A stretch of DNA of 64,000 nucleotides from an uncultured Acidimicrobiaceae bacterium (lineage in GTDB: Bacteria; Actinomycetota; Acidimicrobiia; Acidimicrobiales; Bog-793): contig CAWHOY010000007.1 of NCBI GenBank assembly GCA_963831155.1, positions 68,800 through 132,799 of the forward strand, written 5' to 3'. Below the pieces are notes generated by a model. That model saw nothing but the letters and a program-made list of their open reading frames with translations. It had not been told where the DNA came from and did not search any database. The number at the start of each line of letters is the position of its first letter. The first letter of the stretch is position 1. A program made the position numbers and the translations under genes. Shown here piece by piece: positions 37,215-46,598 of this stretch.

Positions 37215-37703
37215 TTATGAGCTTGGGTTCGGTGCCGCCAGCGCGAACTCGTACGAGGCGCGTACCAATCTCAGGACCATCTCACGTTCGCGTTCGTCTC
37301 GGGGGGCGTAGAGCATGACGACGGTTGCGGGCGCTTGGCCCGTGTGAACGAGGAAGTGGGGTTCGGCCCACCCCGCGCGCTCGGCGGCCTTAGCGAGTGG
37401 AACCGGCAAGGTGGCGTGCAGGCTGAAGTCCCCCTGGGCGTGCACGTGACAGAACTCCTTACCGACCATGAACGCCTCAGCCGGCCCACGTGCGATGCTG
37501 CCGTCCAACGTCAGCGCCCGCGCGCCCTCCACGGATATTTCGGAAGGCCGTCCGAGCACGGCTGGCCACGAGAGGGCCTCGGCCAGGATGGCGTCCACGT
37601 GCTGGCTGTCGGCAGGTTGCTGATCGAGTTGGCTCTGGGGGAACTCCTCAGTGATACGCGGCCGGGACCCTGCCCGGGACGGCAGGTGTGCGTCGCTGAT
37701 CAT
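37215..37703 (-). CDS. DUF5519-like ('luciferase family') protein
   Basis: 162 aa from ATG 37703, which lies 1 nt after the upstream stop. EFCHVHAQGDFSLHATLP...GWAEPH...LRLVRASYEFA resembles that family. The longer track ORF is rejected. Confidence 0.45.
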   Translation of the reverse strand: MISDAHLPSRAGSRPRITEEFPQSQLDQQPADSQHVDAILAEALSWPAVLGRPSEISVEGARALTLDGSIARGPAEAFMVGKEFCHVHAQGDFSLHATLPVPLAKAAERAGWAEPHFLVHTGQAPATVVMLYAPRDEREREMVLRLVRASYEFALAAPNPSS

Positions 37704-37704
37704 C

Positions 37705-38154
37705 TCAGCTGCCGAACCAAAAGAGCTCGATCGGGATACCGTCCGGGTCGCGCACCAGCACAAGGGCGATCGGAACTGGCCCGGCGCTCTCGACGGTCGC
37801 TTCGTGTTCGACGCCGATGGCATCGAGGTGCGTGGTCCATTCCTCGATCGCTTCCCGGCTGGGAAGTTGAACCGCCAGGTGGTCCAGGCCGGTGCGTCGC
37901 GGGCTGAACCGTGACCGGTCGGCCCCGGGATGGTGGTGGAGGCCGATGAACAGCCCGGTATCCGGCCGGGTCATCACCACGGCGTAGCCGTCGTCAGCCG
38001 GGTGGGGCTCGACGAAGGCTCGGACAAGGCCCAGAACCTTCGCGTACCAAGCCTCGCTGGCGACGATGTCGCGGACGGTAAGGCCGAGGTGCTGCAGACC
38101 GGTCAGCTCCGGCAAAGCCGGGCTGAACGGGGAAGTTTCGGTGACGGTGGTCAT
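37705..38154 (-). CDS. VOC-family (glyoxalase/bleomycin-resistance/dioxygenase) protein
   Basis: 149 aa with LQHLGLTVRDIVASEAWY and GLDHLAVQL paired beta-alpha-beta-beta-beta motifs. Confidence 0.8.
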   Translation of the reverse strand: MTTVTETSPFSPALPELTGLQHLGLTVRDIVASEAWYAKVLGLVRAFVEPHPADDGYAVVMTRPDTGLFIGLHHHPGADRSRFSPRRTGLDHLAVQLPSREAIEEWTTHLDAIGVEHEATVESAGPVPIALVLVRDPDGIPIELFWFGS

Positions 38155-38197
38155 AGTGCCCCTCCTAATTGGCGTCTCCTCCGAGTTAGACTCGGCA

Positions 38198-38230
38198 TCT
38201 CAATATGAGAGTATTTGTCTCATAATGAGA
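38198..38230. promoter_or_regulatory. two tandem 13-bp palindromes, candidate TetR operators
   Basis: TCTCAATATGAGA (38198-38210) and TCTCATAATGAGA (38218-38230) are 20 bp centre to centre. They lie in the divergent region between the VOC operon and tetR. Confidence 0.45.
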
Positions 38231-38279
38231 TGTCGAGTATCATGGACCCCAGCTCCGGTTTTGTCAAGGAGGCAAGTCA

Positions 38280-38897
38280 ATGGAACGCCCAGATGACGTT
38301 GGGGAGCGGTCCGGCCCGAGAGAGCGCACGATGCGGCTGCTGAGGGGAGCAGTGCGGGAGTTGTTGCGCACCGGCGGCCCGCTGACGGTCCCCGCCGTCG
38401 CCGAGCTCGCCGGAGTGTCTCGGGCAACCGCCTACCGCTACTTGCCGAACAACGACGCGGTGGTGCTACACGCGACAATGACCTTGGCCGACGATCCGCT
38501 CGATGACACCGACTTAGTCCCGTCGGCGGCTACATCGCGGCACGACCTCGACGCCCGGTCGGCAGACCTCGTGCGAGCGAAGGCGGGTTGGGCTTTCGAG
38601 CACGAGACCGAGCTACGCACGATGCTGCGCCTCTCGCTCGAAGCGGAGAGGGATCAAGTCAAACCCCGCCGAGGACTGACCAACCGCGGTCGCTGGATCG
38701 CGACGCTCCTCGAAGGCCTGCCCAGCGATGTCCCGCAAGATGCTCGAGATCGCCTCGCAAAGGCGCTCGTCCCGCTGTTCGGCGCCGATGCCATCGTCTG
38801 GACCACCGACATGGCAGACCTACCACGTGAGCAGGCAATCGACCTCCTCGCGTGGATGGCACAAGTCCTCGTCAAAGCCACTCTGGCGGGCTGGTAA
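38280..38897 (+). CDS. TetR-family transcriptional regulator
   Basis: 205 aa with an N-terminal HTH (LTVPAVAELAGVSRATAYRYLPN). Confidence 0.8.
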   Translation: MERPDDVGERSGPRERTMRLLRGAVRELLRTGGPLTVPAVAELAGVSRATAYRYLPNNDAVVLHATMTLADDPLDDTDLVPSAATSRHDLDARSADLVRAKAGWAFEHETELRTMLRLSLEAERDQVKPRRGLTNRGRWIATLLEGLPSDVPQDARDRLAKALVPLFGADAIVWTTDMADLPREQAIDLLAWMAQVLVKATLAGW

Positions 38898-39263
38898 CGC
38901 CCCTACGGACGGGGCTTGGGTGCAGCAGACCTCGCACGGTCGGAGGCGCGCAAGCGCGTCGTCACCCCGACCATGTCACCCACTGTCCCCGAATTCAGAT
39001 GGATTTCCGATTGGGGCATCGCCCGGAAGTGCCGTACTGCGTCACACTCCCGGCGACGCTCCTATCAGTTGTCAAGCCCTGTGAGTCTTCGGGAGTGGAA
39101 ACAGCGGGCAGAACAATGAAGAGCCACTCCGTGTCGGAGGGCAAGCTCTTATCAAGCCACGCGTTTCGAAGAAGTGTGTGCCGGATCGTGGATCGGCGAG
39201 TCGCCGGAAAGTCAACCCGTGTGGGCGACAGTTAGGTGATGAGCCAGATCCACGGTCGCGGGC

Positions 39264-40310
39264 TCAGCCGCGAGGTAAGTGGCGATACACCTCGCGGGCT
39301 ACGTAGCGCTTCAAGATGCGGATGACCTCGGGCTTCGTTCGTCCTTCTTTCACGCGCCGCTCGAAGTAGGCAGTCGTCTCTGGGTCGTGGGCGATGCGCA
39401 CCATGACGATGCGCCACAGCGCGCTGTTCGCTTGACGATCACCACCGCTGTCGAGTCGAAAACGACCGGTGCTCTTTCCCGATGACGCTGGGATCGGCGA
39501 CACTCCGCACAAGTGTGCGAAGGCGGCTTCTGAATGGAGGCGCTCGGGATTGTCGCCGGCGGTCACCAATAGCGCGGCGGCGGTGTCGGGGCCGACTCCG
39601 AACAAAGCGAGCAACTCAGGAGCGGTGACTGCAAGAAGCGAGTTGATCTTCGCGTCGAGATCGGTGAGCTCTCTTTCGAGCGCTTGGATCCGACGGGCCA
39701 ACGAGGACACGGCGGCCTTCGTCGCCGCGGTGACCGGATCACTCGACTGCGCGGGGCGGAGCTTCGCTCCTTCTTTGACCAAGGCGGAGACGGTGAGGCC
39801 CTTCAGGCGACGATGGAGCACGTCGGGAGCAGTGACGACCAGGTGACGCACTTGGACGACGGCTTTGACCCGAGCCTGTCGGGCGGAGCGCTTGGCGACG
39901 AGGAGGACCCGGATCGCCTCGACTGCGCCGTCTTTTGTCTTGGCGACACTCTTTGCTCGGCCATTGAGCGCTGATCGCGCGGCTTCCACTGCATCGAGGG
40001 GATCGGACTTGCCCGACCGACGCCGTTCGGCTCGGTTCGGCCGGTCGACCTCGATGACATCGACGCCGTGACGGTGAAGAAAGCGCGCCAGCCCGGCTCG
40101 ATAAGAACCGGTTCCTTCGACACCGACTTTCCCCACCGCACCGAAGCTCTCGAGCCAGGAGAGCAAGGACTTGTAGCCGGCCGGGTTGACTTCGAACGAC
40201 TTCGTGCCGATGAGACCGCCGAGTGGATCAAGTGCGGCAGCGACGTGCACGTCGAGGTGGGTGTCGACACCACCGGTCACTCGACGCGTATCTAGCATTG
40301 TCATCGCCAT
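39264..40310 (-). CDS. IS110-family DEDD transposase/recombinase, copy A
   Basis: 348 aa. VTGGVDTHLDVHVAAALD..., VGVEGTGSY and the C-terminal SGG...RQANSALW...RYVAREVY region fit the family. Confidence 0.9.
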   Translation of the reverse strand: MAMTMLDTRRVTGGVDTHLDVHVAAALDPLGGLIGTKSFEVNPAGYKSLLSWLESFGAVGKVGVEGTGSYRAGLARFLHRHGVDVIEVDRPNRAERRRSGKSDPLDAVEAARSALNGRAKSVAKTKDGAVEAIRVLLVAKRSARQARVKAVVQVRHLVVTAPDVLHRRLKGLTVSALVKEGAKLRPAQSSDPVTAATKAAVSSLARRIQALERELTDLDAKINSLLAVTAPELLALFGVGPDTAAALLVTAGDNPERLHSEAAFAHLCGVSPIPASSGKSTGRFRLDSGGDRQANSALWRIVMVRIAHDPETTAYFERRVKEGRTKPEVIRILKRYVAREVYRHLPRG

Positions 40311-40571
40311 CCCTTCCTTTCTTCAAGCGGGATTGAGGGGTGGCACGGCCGTCCCGGATCGGAGTGACGGGTGGTCCGCCTTGTTGCTGCAAGACGGGCC
40401 AATCACCCTTGCTTCGGAACGGGACGTGCCGTTTTCAATGTGCGGCCGAAGGAGCTCAACCGACGACGACCGAGGTCGTCATCACTTCAAGTCAGGCTGA
40501 ACTCCTAGCGCTCCCGAAACTATTGAGAACCAACGAACACGCGGTGGACCCTCTGGGGCATTGTCATTGTT
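40311..40571 (-). ncRNA. candidate bridge RNA (IS110 left-end non-coding region), copy A
   Basis: The conserved structured region upstream of the recombinase has the hairpin CCGTCTTG-CAGCAA-CAAGGCGG (40377-40398). Only its loop differs from copy B. Confidence 0.35.
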
Positions 40572-40680
40572 CTGTGACACCGTCGCCTAAGTGGGCTGCG
40601 CATTATGGGGCAGCCGCTCGCCACGACGACCGCGCGGATTTGGCTCACCAGAACTTGCGGCCGTGGCGAATCGGACGGAA

Positions 40681-41280
40681 CTACATCTCGGAGGCGGGGA
40701 AGATCATCGCCGCGAGGCGCTCCACATCCTCGGGTGCGAGCCGGTTTGGCTGACCTTTTAGCCACTTCGTGATCTCACGTCTCTTCACCACTGCCACTCC
40801 GTCAGGCTGAGCTTTGATGACAATGCGATCACGGTCAGCGATCACGACAATCACTGGTGTGACTTCGAACTGGACACTCGATCCGGCGAGCCGCCTCGTC
40901 ACTTCCCGCTTTTCCCACTGCGCTTTGCGCAGATAGTCGGTCGGTTTCCCGTTCACATAGAAAGCATGCTCCGTCACCCACACTCGGCCAGACAGGTTCT
41001 TCGCGTTCACGGAGAAGACGCCTCCCGGGCCGATGACGAGGTGATCCACGTTGTGATCTTTCTTATTGAGAGGAATATCGGGGATCACTCGCCAAGAATC
41101 CGGCAGATGCGCGAGCTGCTCGTCGACCAACTTCTCGCCCTTGGCGCCTTGGCTCCAAGCTCGCTCGGTCGTGTGCTCTCCCAGGACCCGGCCGAGAAAC
41201 GAGCGAAATGGGGCCGCCCTTCTCGCCCCGCGAGCCATTCGCCGCGCGCTGTCACCGGCCGAAGTCGGGACCTCACTCAT
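40681..41280 (-). CDS. NERD (nuclease-related domain) protein
   Basis: 199 aa. GEKLVDEQLAHLPDSWRVIPDIPL...NVDHLVIGPGGVFSVNAKN fits NERD. Confidence 0.7.
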   Translation of the reverse strand: MSEVPTSAGDSARRMARGARRAAPFRSFLGRVLGEHTTERAWSQGAKGEKLVDEQLAHLPDSWRVIPDIPLNKKDHNVDHLVIGPGGVFSVNAKNLSGRVWVTEHAFYVNGKPTDYLRKAQWEKREVTRRLAGSSVQFEVTPVIVVIADRDRIVIKAQPDGVAVVKRREITKWLKGQPNRLAPEDVERLAAMIFPASEM

Positions 41281-41601
41281 TCCGTCTGTCTACAGGTTTT
41301 CGGCGGTTTGGCGATGAGCGCTCGTAGGATCCCGAGGCGAAGGGGCCTCTCGGAGGTGGCGGTTAATGCAGGAGCAGGAGGCATCGTCGGCCAATCAGCC
41401 CTATATGCAACTTGCCTCCTATCGGCATTGCGTCGATCGCATTCGCGGCGCTTGGCCCGCGTACTCCACACGACGCCGTCAACGGTTGCAGCAGGGTCTG
41501 TTCGATGCCCCGGTCGAAAAGATCGCCGAGAATATCTTGGAGGATCTCTTCACCACCGTCCTTGACTGGTCGCTCGACTTTCGCAAAGCGAGCAAAAGTG
41601 A

Positions 41602-41889
41602 TCACTCGCCAAAGATCAAGAGTCGGGAGTCGGACGACCGTTGCCTGATCGTGAGCGCTTCGCGGTACTCGATTGAGCCGTACCAAGCCCGCGCAGACTC
41701 TCGATTCGGAAACGAAATGAGAATGGTGATTCCGCCGGGCTGCCAGTCGCCCTCCATCACTTCGACATCCCGGCTAGCGGCGACCATCTCACCTTTGTGG
41801 GCCGCAAGGCTTACTCCTACCAGCTCGACATATCTGTTACGCCCCTCCTCGTTCGTCCAAGTGACGTCTGCTAGCACGTATCCGCTCAT
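41602..41889 (-). CDS. DUF1330-family protein
   Basis: 95 aa. MSGYVLADVTW...Y...EGDW...ILISFPNRESARAWYGSIEYREALTIRQRSS fits the family. Confidence 0.8.
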   Translation of the reverse strand: MSGYVLADVTWTNEEGRNRYVELVGVSLAAHKGEMVAASRDVEVMEGDWQPGGITILISFPNRESARAWYGSIEYREALTIRQRSSDSRLLIFGE

Positions 41890-42270
41890 AGGACCCTCCG
41901 AGTCGTCGATGGGAGCGAGGATTCGCAGCCTCGCTCAGCGTCTCACCGACGAGATGAATATCAGGTGTTGTGCAACCGTGGCACTCCGAGCGGAGGCGGT
42001 CGCCGTGCGACGCACCCGACGATTAGGGTCACCTCGTCGACGACGTCGATGCTCGATTCCATGGGCGCAGGGGTTCGCGTCGGAGGAGGGACGCGCTCGT
42101 TCTGCTACCGAGCACTGGCGGCTGGATGTATCGAAGGGCGGAAGGTGACTCCGATCGGCACCTCGAGGCCACCCCTGACGCTCGTTGAGATGCGCGTTAT
42201 GAGCGACCTCGGGGCTGGTGCTGTCGCCTTTCCTCGCCCGTTTGGGTGTCGGTACCGACGCGAGGCCCTC

Positions 42271-42855
42271 TCAGAGCTTGGTCACTGCGGGACAGCTCCA
42301 GCTTCCTGTCATCGTGCTAGCGCTCGAGTGCGCGCTTGTGGTGCCGTCTGACCAAGTCATCTTGAACTTGAACGAACCGGTCTTCCCCCCAATGGTGATC
42401 GTCCCGGAGGTCGCTGAGAAGTAGTTCGAGACGATCACCTTTGTGGGGGAGTACGGAGAGAGCAAGTCCGCCTTCGACTCGGGGATACTGCTTTGGGTGA
42501 ACGTCCCGTTGCCCTTCGCCCCGGCGATGAAGCTCCACTCGCCGTAGCTGAGCCCTGACAGCTTGCCGAAGTAGTACAACTCGACAACGTCTCCCTTCTT
42601 ATTGGGCAGGTTGTCGAAGAGCTCCTTGCAGTCCTTCGCTGGGTTCTCGAGCTCCAAGGTGCCCGAGTACTTGCCGGACACGACGATGGTGTTCGTCGCG
42701 ACGTGTGGCGCGAGCGCCGCCGACCTCGCAGCAAGAGCGGTGTGCTCGGCAACAACGCCGCCGGGGGCGACAACGAGCGCGGCACCAAGCAGCAACGACA
42801 TCGGCCTGCCACCCGGCCAGCTCGGCAGCGTCATTCGGCGCAGGATCTGTCGCAT
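42271..42855 (-). CDS. hypothetical secreted protein
   Basis: 194 aa with a signal-like N-terminus (MSLLLGAALVVAPGGVVA) and no recognised domain. Confidence 0.5.
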   Translation of the reverse strand: MRQILRRMTLPSWPGGRPMSLLLGAALVVAPGGVVAEHTALAARSAALAPHVATNTIVVSGKYSGTLELENPAKDCKELFDNLPNKKGDVVELYYFGKLSGLSYGEWSFIAGAKGNGTFTQSSIPESKADLLSPYSPTKVIVSNYFSATSGTITIGGKTGSFKFKMTWSDGTTSAHSSASTMTGSWSCPAVTKL

Positions 42856-43108
42856 CTCGTCCTCCGCTCGTCGATGCCGACGCCTGCCTCTCCTACCTCC
42901 AGCTTCTCCATCTGACCTGGGAACCCCGGAAGGACCCGTACGTCCGGTGGGAACGGCGAGGCGACTTCGGCTACCGCATCATCGCTCAGGGTCCCGAGCC
43001 TGTTCCTCCTCGTCCTCGGCTGCCTCCTCCGAAGTTGCGCGGGGTCAAGACTGCAAACGGGATAGCCACGCAGCGTGCCGGCCGGCGGTCAGGCCCCGGG
43101 CTCGATGC

Positions 43109-43669
43109 TTAGGCGGCGATGTCGAGCGTGAGCAGGCGCTCGCCGACTGGCACGTGCCCCGCCGCGGCACCAAAGGTCTTCGCCGCGCCGCCCAGCGCGA
43201 CGCCATAGCCGGTGGTTCCCTTGTTGTCGGCGACGCCGACGAGCTGCCCGCCGTTCAGCGCTTCGCCATAGGTCCAGCTGAACGCGGTCGAGCCGACGGA
43301 CGGAAGGGAAGTGAAGATCAGCTTCACGCCCTTCGGGGACTCAGCGGCAATCCTCGCCTCCGCCTTGGCCCGGGTGGCGAGCTGAGAAGCCGGGATACCG
43401 GGCTGCTTCGTGATGACGACCTCGTCGATCGGATGCGCGACAGAGGCCGCCACCTTGCCGAAATAGATGCACTCGAGGGCGTTGCTTTTGACGACGGCCT
43501 CAAAGAGCGAGACCGTTGTCCCGACGATCGAGGAGACCTTTGTGGCCGGGATGTGTGCACAAAAGGTCGAGACAGTGGAGCGCGGTCCCGTAGCACTGGG
43601 CTGCAGAGCCTCCGCCGTGGCCGGGAATATGGCCAGAGACACCGCGCAGCTGCCCGCCGCGAGCAGCAT
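43109..43669 (-). CDS. hypothetical secreted protein
   Basis: It starts at MLLAAGSCAVSLAIFPATAEA (signal-like). An upstream GTG is an alternative start. The 311-aa track ORF is probably over-extended. Confidence 0.45.
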   Translation of the reverse strand: MLLAAGSCAVSLAIFPATAEALQPSATGPRSTVSTFCAHIPATKVSSIVGTTVSLFEAVVKSNALECIYFGKVAASVAHPIDEVVITKQPGIPASQLATRAKAEARIAAESPKGVKLIFTSLPSVGSTAFSWTYGEALNGGQLVGVADNKGTTGYGVALGGAAKTFGAAAGHVPVGERLLTLDIAA

Positions 43670-44208
43670 GCCCGCGGACCGCCAAGCCCAGGCCCTGCAC
43701 CGGATCGAGATCGTCGTGGGGGTGTGCGACGCGCCAGCACTGAAGGTACTCGTCACCTCTGCTCCTTGGTTGATGTTGATCGGGGTGTGCCCGCAAGTGG
43801 CGCCCCGGTCCTCGAATGATGTCACTCCGTGTGACCGGTGTCGGAGGGCCGACTTCCACAATCTCCGACTGGGCTTGAGCCTTGGGGAGGCGCCTAACCG
43901 ACGAAGCCCCTTCGGCGACGAAATTGTTGGCCAGGACCGTCGGACGCGTCGCTCTGACCAGCCGGTCGCGGGAACCATCGTTGTTCTTACGGCATTCCGT
44001 ATGGGGCGAATAAGGGAGAAATGCGCGTTAGGGAATGCTCTCAAGGACGAAGCGTAAACGGATGACTATTGCGCGGTGCCGTTGCACCGTAACGCTGCCC
44101 AATACAACTCGTCGACTAAGCGATCCCTCCGGTACAGATCGGCCACTACCAGGGGTCGTCAAGTAGCCTTCGCGGTCCAACGCCTCACCGGAGCCCTAGA
44201 AGATCCAA

Positions 44209-45162
44209 ATGAAGAAGTCCGGAATACTGTTGGGATTGATCGTGTATGTGTTGGGCTTGGCCGTACCCGCGGGATCATCAGTCAATCTCAAGTCTGATCT
44301 GCTGACTCTCTCCCAGCTTCCGAAGGGCTGGGTGACAGCCTCGGCTTCGAGCGCTGAGTTACCGGGCTGCAAAGCGACCGCACTTCCGGCGAAGCCCACG
44401 ACGCAGGCGAACGCCACGTTCAACTACCGAGCCCTGAAAGGGTTTCCCCAACTCGTCGAGGTGCTGGCGGCCTATACGAACATCGATAAGGGGTTCAACT
44501 CGCTCACGTCTGGACTGAACGGTTGCAAGAATGTCACCGGGAACAAGAACGGAAAGTCATTCACCACCACGGTTTCAAAGATGGCTTTCAGCAGCTACGG
44601 GGACCAATCCGCCGCCTTTCACGCCAGCATCAAGGCCTCGGGCTTGCTTGTTGCCATCGACATCTTGGTCGTGCGCAAGGGGAAGGTGTTGCTCGAACTT
44701 CAAGAGGGCAATAACAACTCCAGCGTTAGCCTGAGTACATTCCACGGCTTCGCAACGGCCGCGGTTCGCAAGCTGACATCAACCACGACGGTCTCGTCGA
44801 CAAAGGCGTCTCAGCAGTTCCTGGCGACCGCCACGGCCTCCAAGGCCGCGTACCTCACGTGGAGGGCCGCGATCAAAGGCAAGACCACGGTCAGCCAGGT
44901 AATCGGTCCTTGTGACACTTACGCGGCCGCGTTGACGAACTTCGACAACGCGATATTGCGCATCGCCGTCACTGGCAAGACGGAAACCGACATTCAGACC
45001 TTGGTCGCCGATGACCGCGTCGTCATCAAGGATCTGGAAGCTGTGAAAACAGAAACCGCGGCCGAAATCAGGAAGGATGCCGCTCAACTCATAGCCACTG
45101 GCGAGACGGCGATAAGCGCCGGCGACGTTGTTCGGAGCGACCTCGGGTTGCCGCCGAGTTGA
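44209..45162 (+). CDS. hypothetical secreted protein, N-terminal half possibly PknH-like sensor-domain fold
   Basis: 317 aa with a clear signal peptide (MKKSGILLGLIVYVLGLAVPAGSS) and conserved Cys pairs. It has visibly lower GC than the flanks. The domain guess is tentative. Confidence 0.55.
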   Translation: MKKSGILLGLIVYVLGLAVPAGSSVNLKSDLLTLSQLPKGWVTASASSAELPGCKATALPAKPTTQANATFNYRALKGFPQLVEVLAAYTNIDKGFNSLTSGLNGCKNVTGNKNGKSFTTTVSKMAFSSYGDQSAAFHASIKASGLLVAIDILVVRKGKVLLELQEGNNNSSVSLSTFHGFATAAVRKLTSTTTVSSTKASQQFLATATASKAAYLTWRAAIKGKTTVSQVIGPCDTYAAALTNFDNAILRIAVTGKTETDIQTLVADDRVVIKDLEAVKTETAAEIRKDAAQLIATGETAISAGDVVRSDLGLPPS

Positions 45163-45355
45163 GTTTGGCGAGCCCGACGCGATCAGGCAACCAACGAAGT
45201 TGATCGGGACACGGTGGGCAGTAGCGACGCCCACTGTCACACGCGAAGTGCCATAACTGGTCGATCTGATCGACACCTCCGGCACGTTCTCGGACTGGAC
45301 TTGCCCCGCTTTCGTGGACACCTAATTTCGGCTGAAGCCGAAGGGAGGGTGTCCG

Positions 45356-45778
45356 GTGGCGAGACCGTCGAAGTATCCAGAGGAGTTCCGTCAGGAAGCG
45401 GTGCAGATGGCTTTGGCGAGCGACGGATCGCGAGCCTCTGTGGCTCGGCGACTCGGGGTCAACGAGACCACGCTTCGCAACTGGATCCAGGATCACCTCG
45501 CTGAGGAAGCAAGGGCAGCCGATCCCTTGGCCGTGAGTCCCTCTGAGTTCGAGGAGCTTCGTCGACTCCGTCTTGAGGTGAAAGAACTCAAGATGGAGAA
45601 GGAGATCCTCAGAGATGCAGCCGCGTATTTCGCGCGGGAGACGATCCGCTCTGCCGCTTCCGGTTCGTCTCCGAGTACCGACACCGCTACGGAGTCAAGC
45701 GGCTCTGCCGGGTCCTCTCTGTCTCACGCTCGGGCTACTACGCCCAAACGCTCCGGCCGCCGTCAAAGAGGTCGCTGA
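45356..45778 (+). CDS. IS3-family transposase OrfA (reading frame runs on unusually far)
   Basis: MARPSKYPEEFRQEAVQMAL...ETTLRNWIQ...ELRRLRLEVKELKMEKEILRDAAAYFARET. GTG start. Beyond about 45650 the frame is probably non-functional read-on. Confidence 0.7.
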   Translation: MARPSKYPEEFRQEAVQMALASDGSRASVARRLGVNETTLRNWIQDHLAEEARAADPLAVSPSEFEELRRLRLEVKELKMEKEILRDAAAYFARETIRSAASGSSPSTDTATESSGSAGSSLSHARATTPKRSGRRQRGR

Positions 45779-46512
45779 CAGACGCCCTCCTAGAAGAGGC
45801 GATCTGCGAGATCTACCTCGATTCACGCAGCACCTACGGGGCCCCAAGAATCCACGCCAAGCTCGCTCAACGAGGTGTTCGCTGCGGGAGGAAGCGAGTC
45901 GCCCGCCTCATGAAAAAACACCGCCTGGTCGGCGTGCATGCGAGGAAGCGCTGGAGAAGGTCCAAGCCCGGAGAGGCACGAGCTCCGGACCTGTGCCGGC
46001 GCGACTTCAACCCGTCTCGGCCCGACGAGATCTGGGCCGCAGACGTCACCCAGTTCCGGACCGGCCAAGGCTGGCTCCATCTCGCCACCGTTCTCGACCT
46101 GTGGTCGCGCCGGGTGATCGGCTGGTCGATGGGTCCTTCGGCCAGCACCGAGCTCGTCACAGACGCCCTCGTCATGGCTGCCGAGCGCCGGCGCCGCGAC
46201 CAGAGGGTCGTCCATCACTCAGACAGAGGATCTGCCTATACGTCGCTCGCTTTCTCAGAAAGAGTCACAGAACTCGGACTCGACCAGTCGTTTGGAAAGA
46301 CCGGCGATTGCTATGACAACGCGGCAGTCGAATCCTTCTTTGCGACTCTGAAGCGAGAGCTCGCGTGGATTCACGCGACCAAACGTTGGAATACCCGAAC
46401 GGAACTGCGCACCGCGCTCTTCGAGTTCATCGAGGGCTTTTACAACCCGCAACGCATCCAACTGAGGCTTGGATACCTGAGCCCAATAGAGTTCGAGGAG
46501 AGAGTTGCTTAA
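45577..46512 (+). CDS. IS3-family transposase OrfB (rve/DDE), -1 frame
   Basis: The frame is open from 45577. It reads ...RFRFVSEYRHRYGVKRLCRVLSVSRSGYY...IWAADVTQF...HSDRGSAYTS...DCYDNAAVESFFATLKRE. Confidence 0.8.
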   Translation, partial: GERTQDGEGDPQRCSRVFRAGDDPLCRFRFVSEYRHRYGVKRLCRVLSVSRSGYYAQTLRPPSKRSLTDALLEEAICEIYLDSRSTYGAPRIHAKLAQRGVRCGRKRVARLMKKHRLVGVHARKRWRRSKPGEARAPDLCRRDFNPSRPDEIWAADVTQFRTGQGWLHLATVLDLWSRRVIGWSMGPSASTELVTDALVMAAERRRRDQRVVHHSDRGSAYTSLAFSERVTELGLDQSFGKTGDCYDNAAVESFFATLKRELAWIHATKRWNTRTELRTALFEFIEGFYNPQRIQLRLGYLSPIEFEERVA

Positions 46513-46598
46513 TAACCGCGTGTCCGCGGAACCGGGTCAACTCCAGACGCCGACAGTCACGGATAATCGGCTTTCTGCAGTGCACTCAAGTAGCCCAT

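Larger units (their letters stand above)
39053..40571 (-). mobile_element. IS110-family insertion sequence, copy A (about 1.52 kb)
   Basis: The ends were inferred from where similarity to copy B stops. There are no terminal inverted repeats, as expected for IS110. Non-coding ends flank the transposase: about 260 nt upstream and about 210 nt downstream. Confidence 0.75.
45315..46526 (+). mobile_element. IS3-family insertion sequence (copy IS3-2), about 1.2 kb, boundaries approximate
   Basis: orfA/orfB are in the -1 arrangement. The left end TGGACACC... is partly matched by the right-end reverse complement CGGACACG. OrfB ends ...ERVA, like IS3-1. Confidence 0.6.

Noticed and set aside
41366-42148. 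260-aa plus-strand ORF whose first third (…PVEKIAENILEDLFTTVLDWSLDF…) resembles the N-terminus of restriction/helicase-type proteins.
   Set aside because: Most of it overlaps the well-supported DUF1330 gene on the other strand and is low in complexity there. At best, 41366-41600 is a short gene remnant, and I cannot support a family call.
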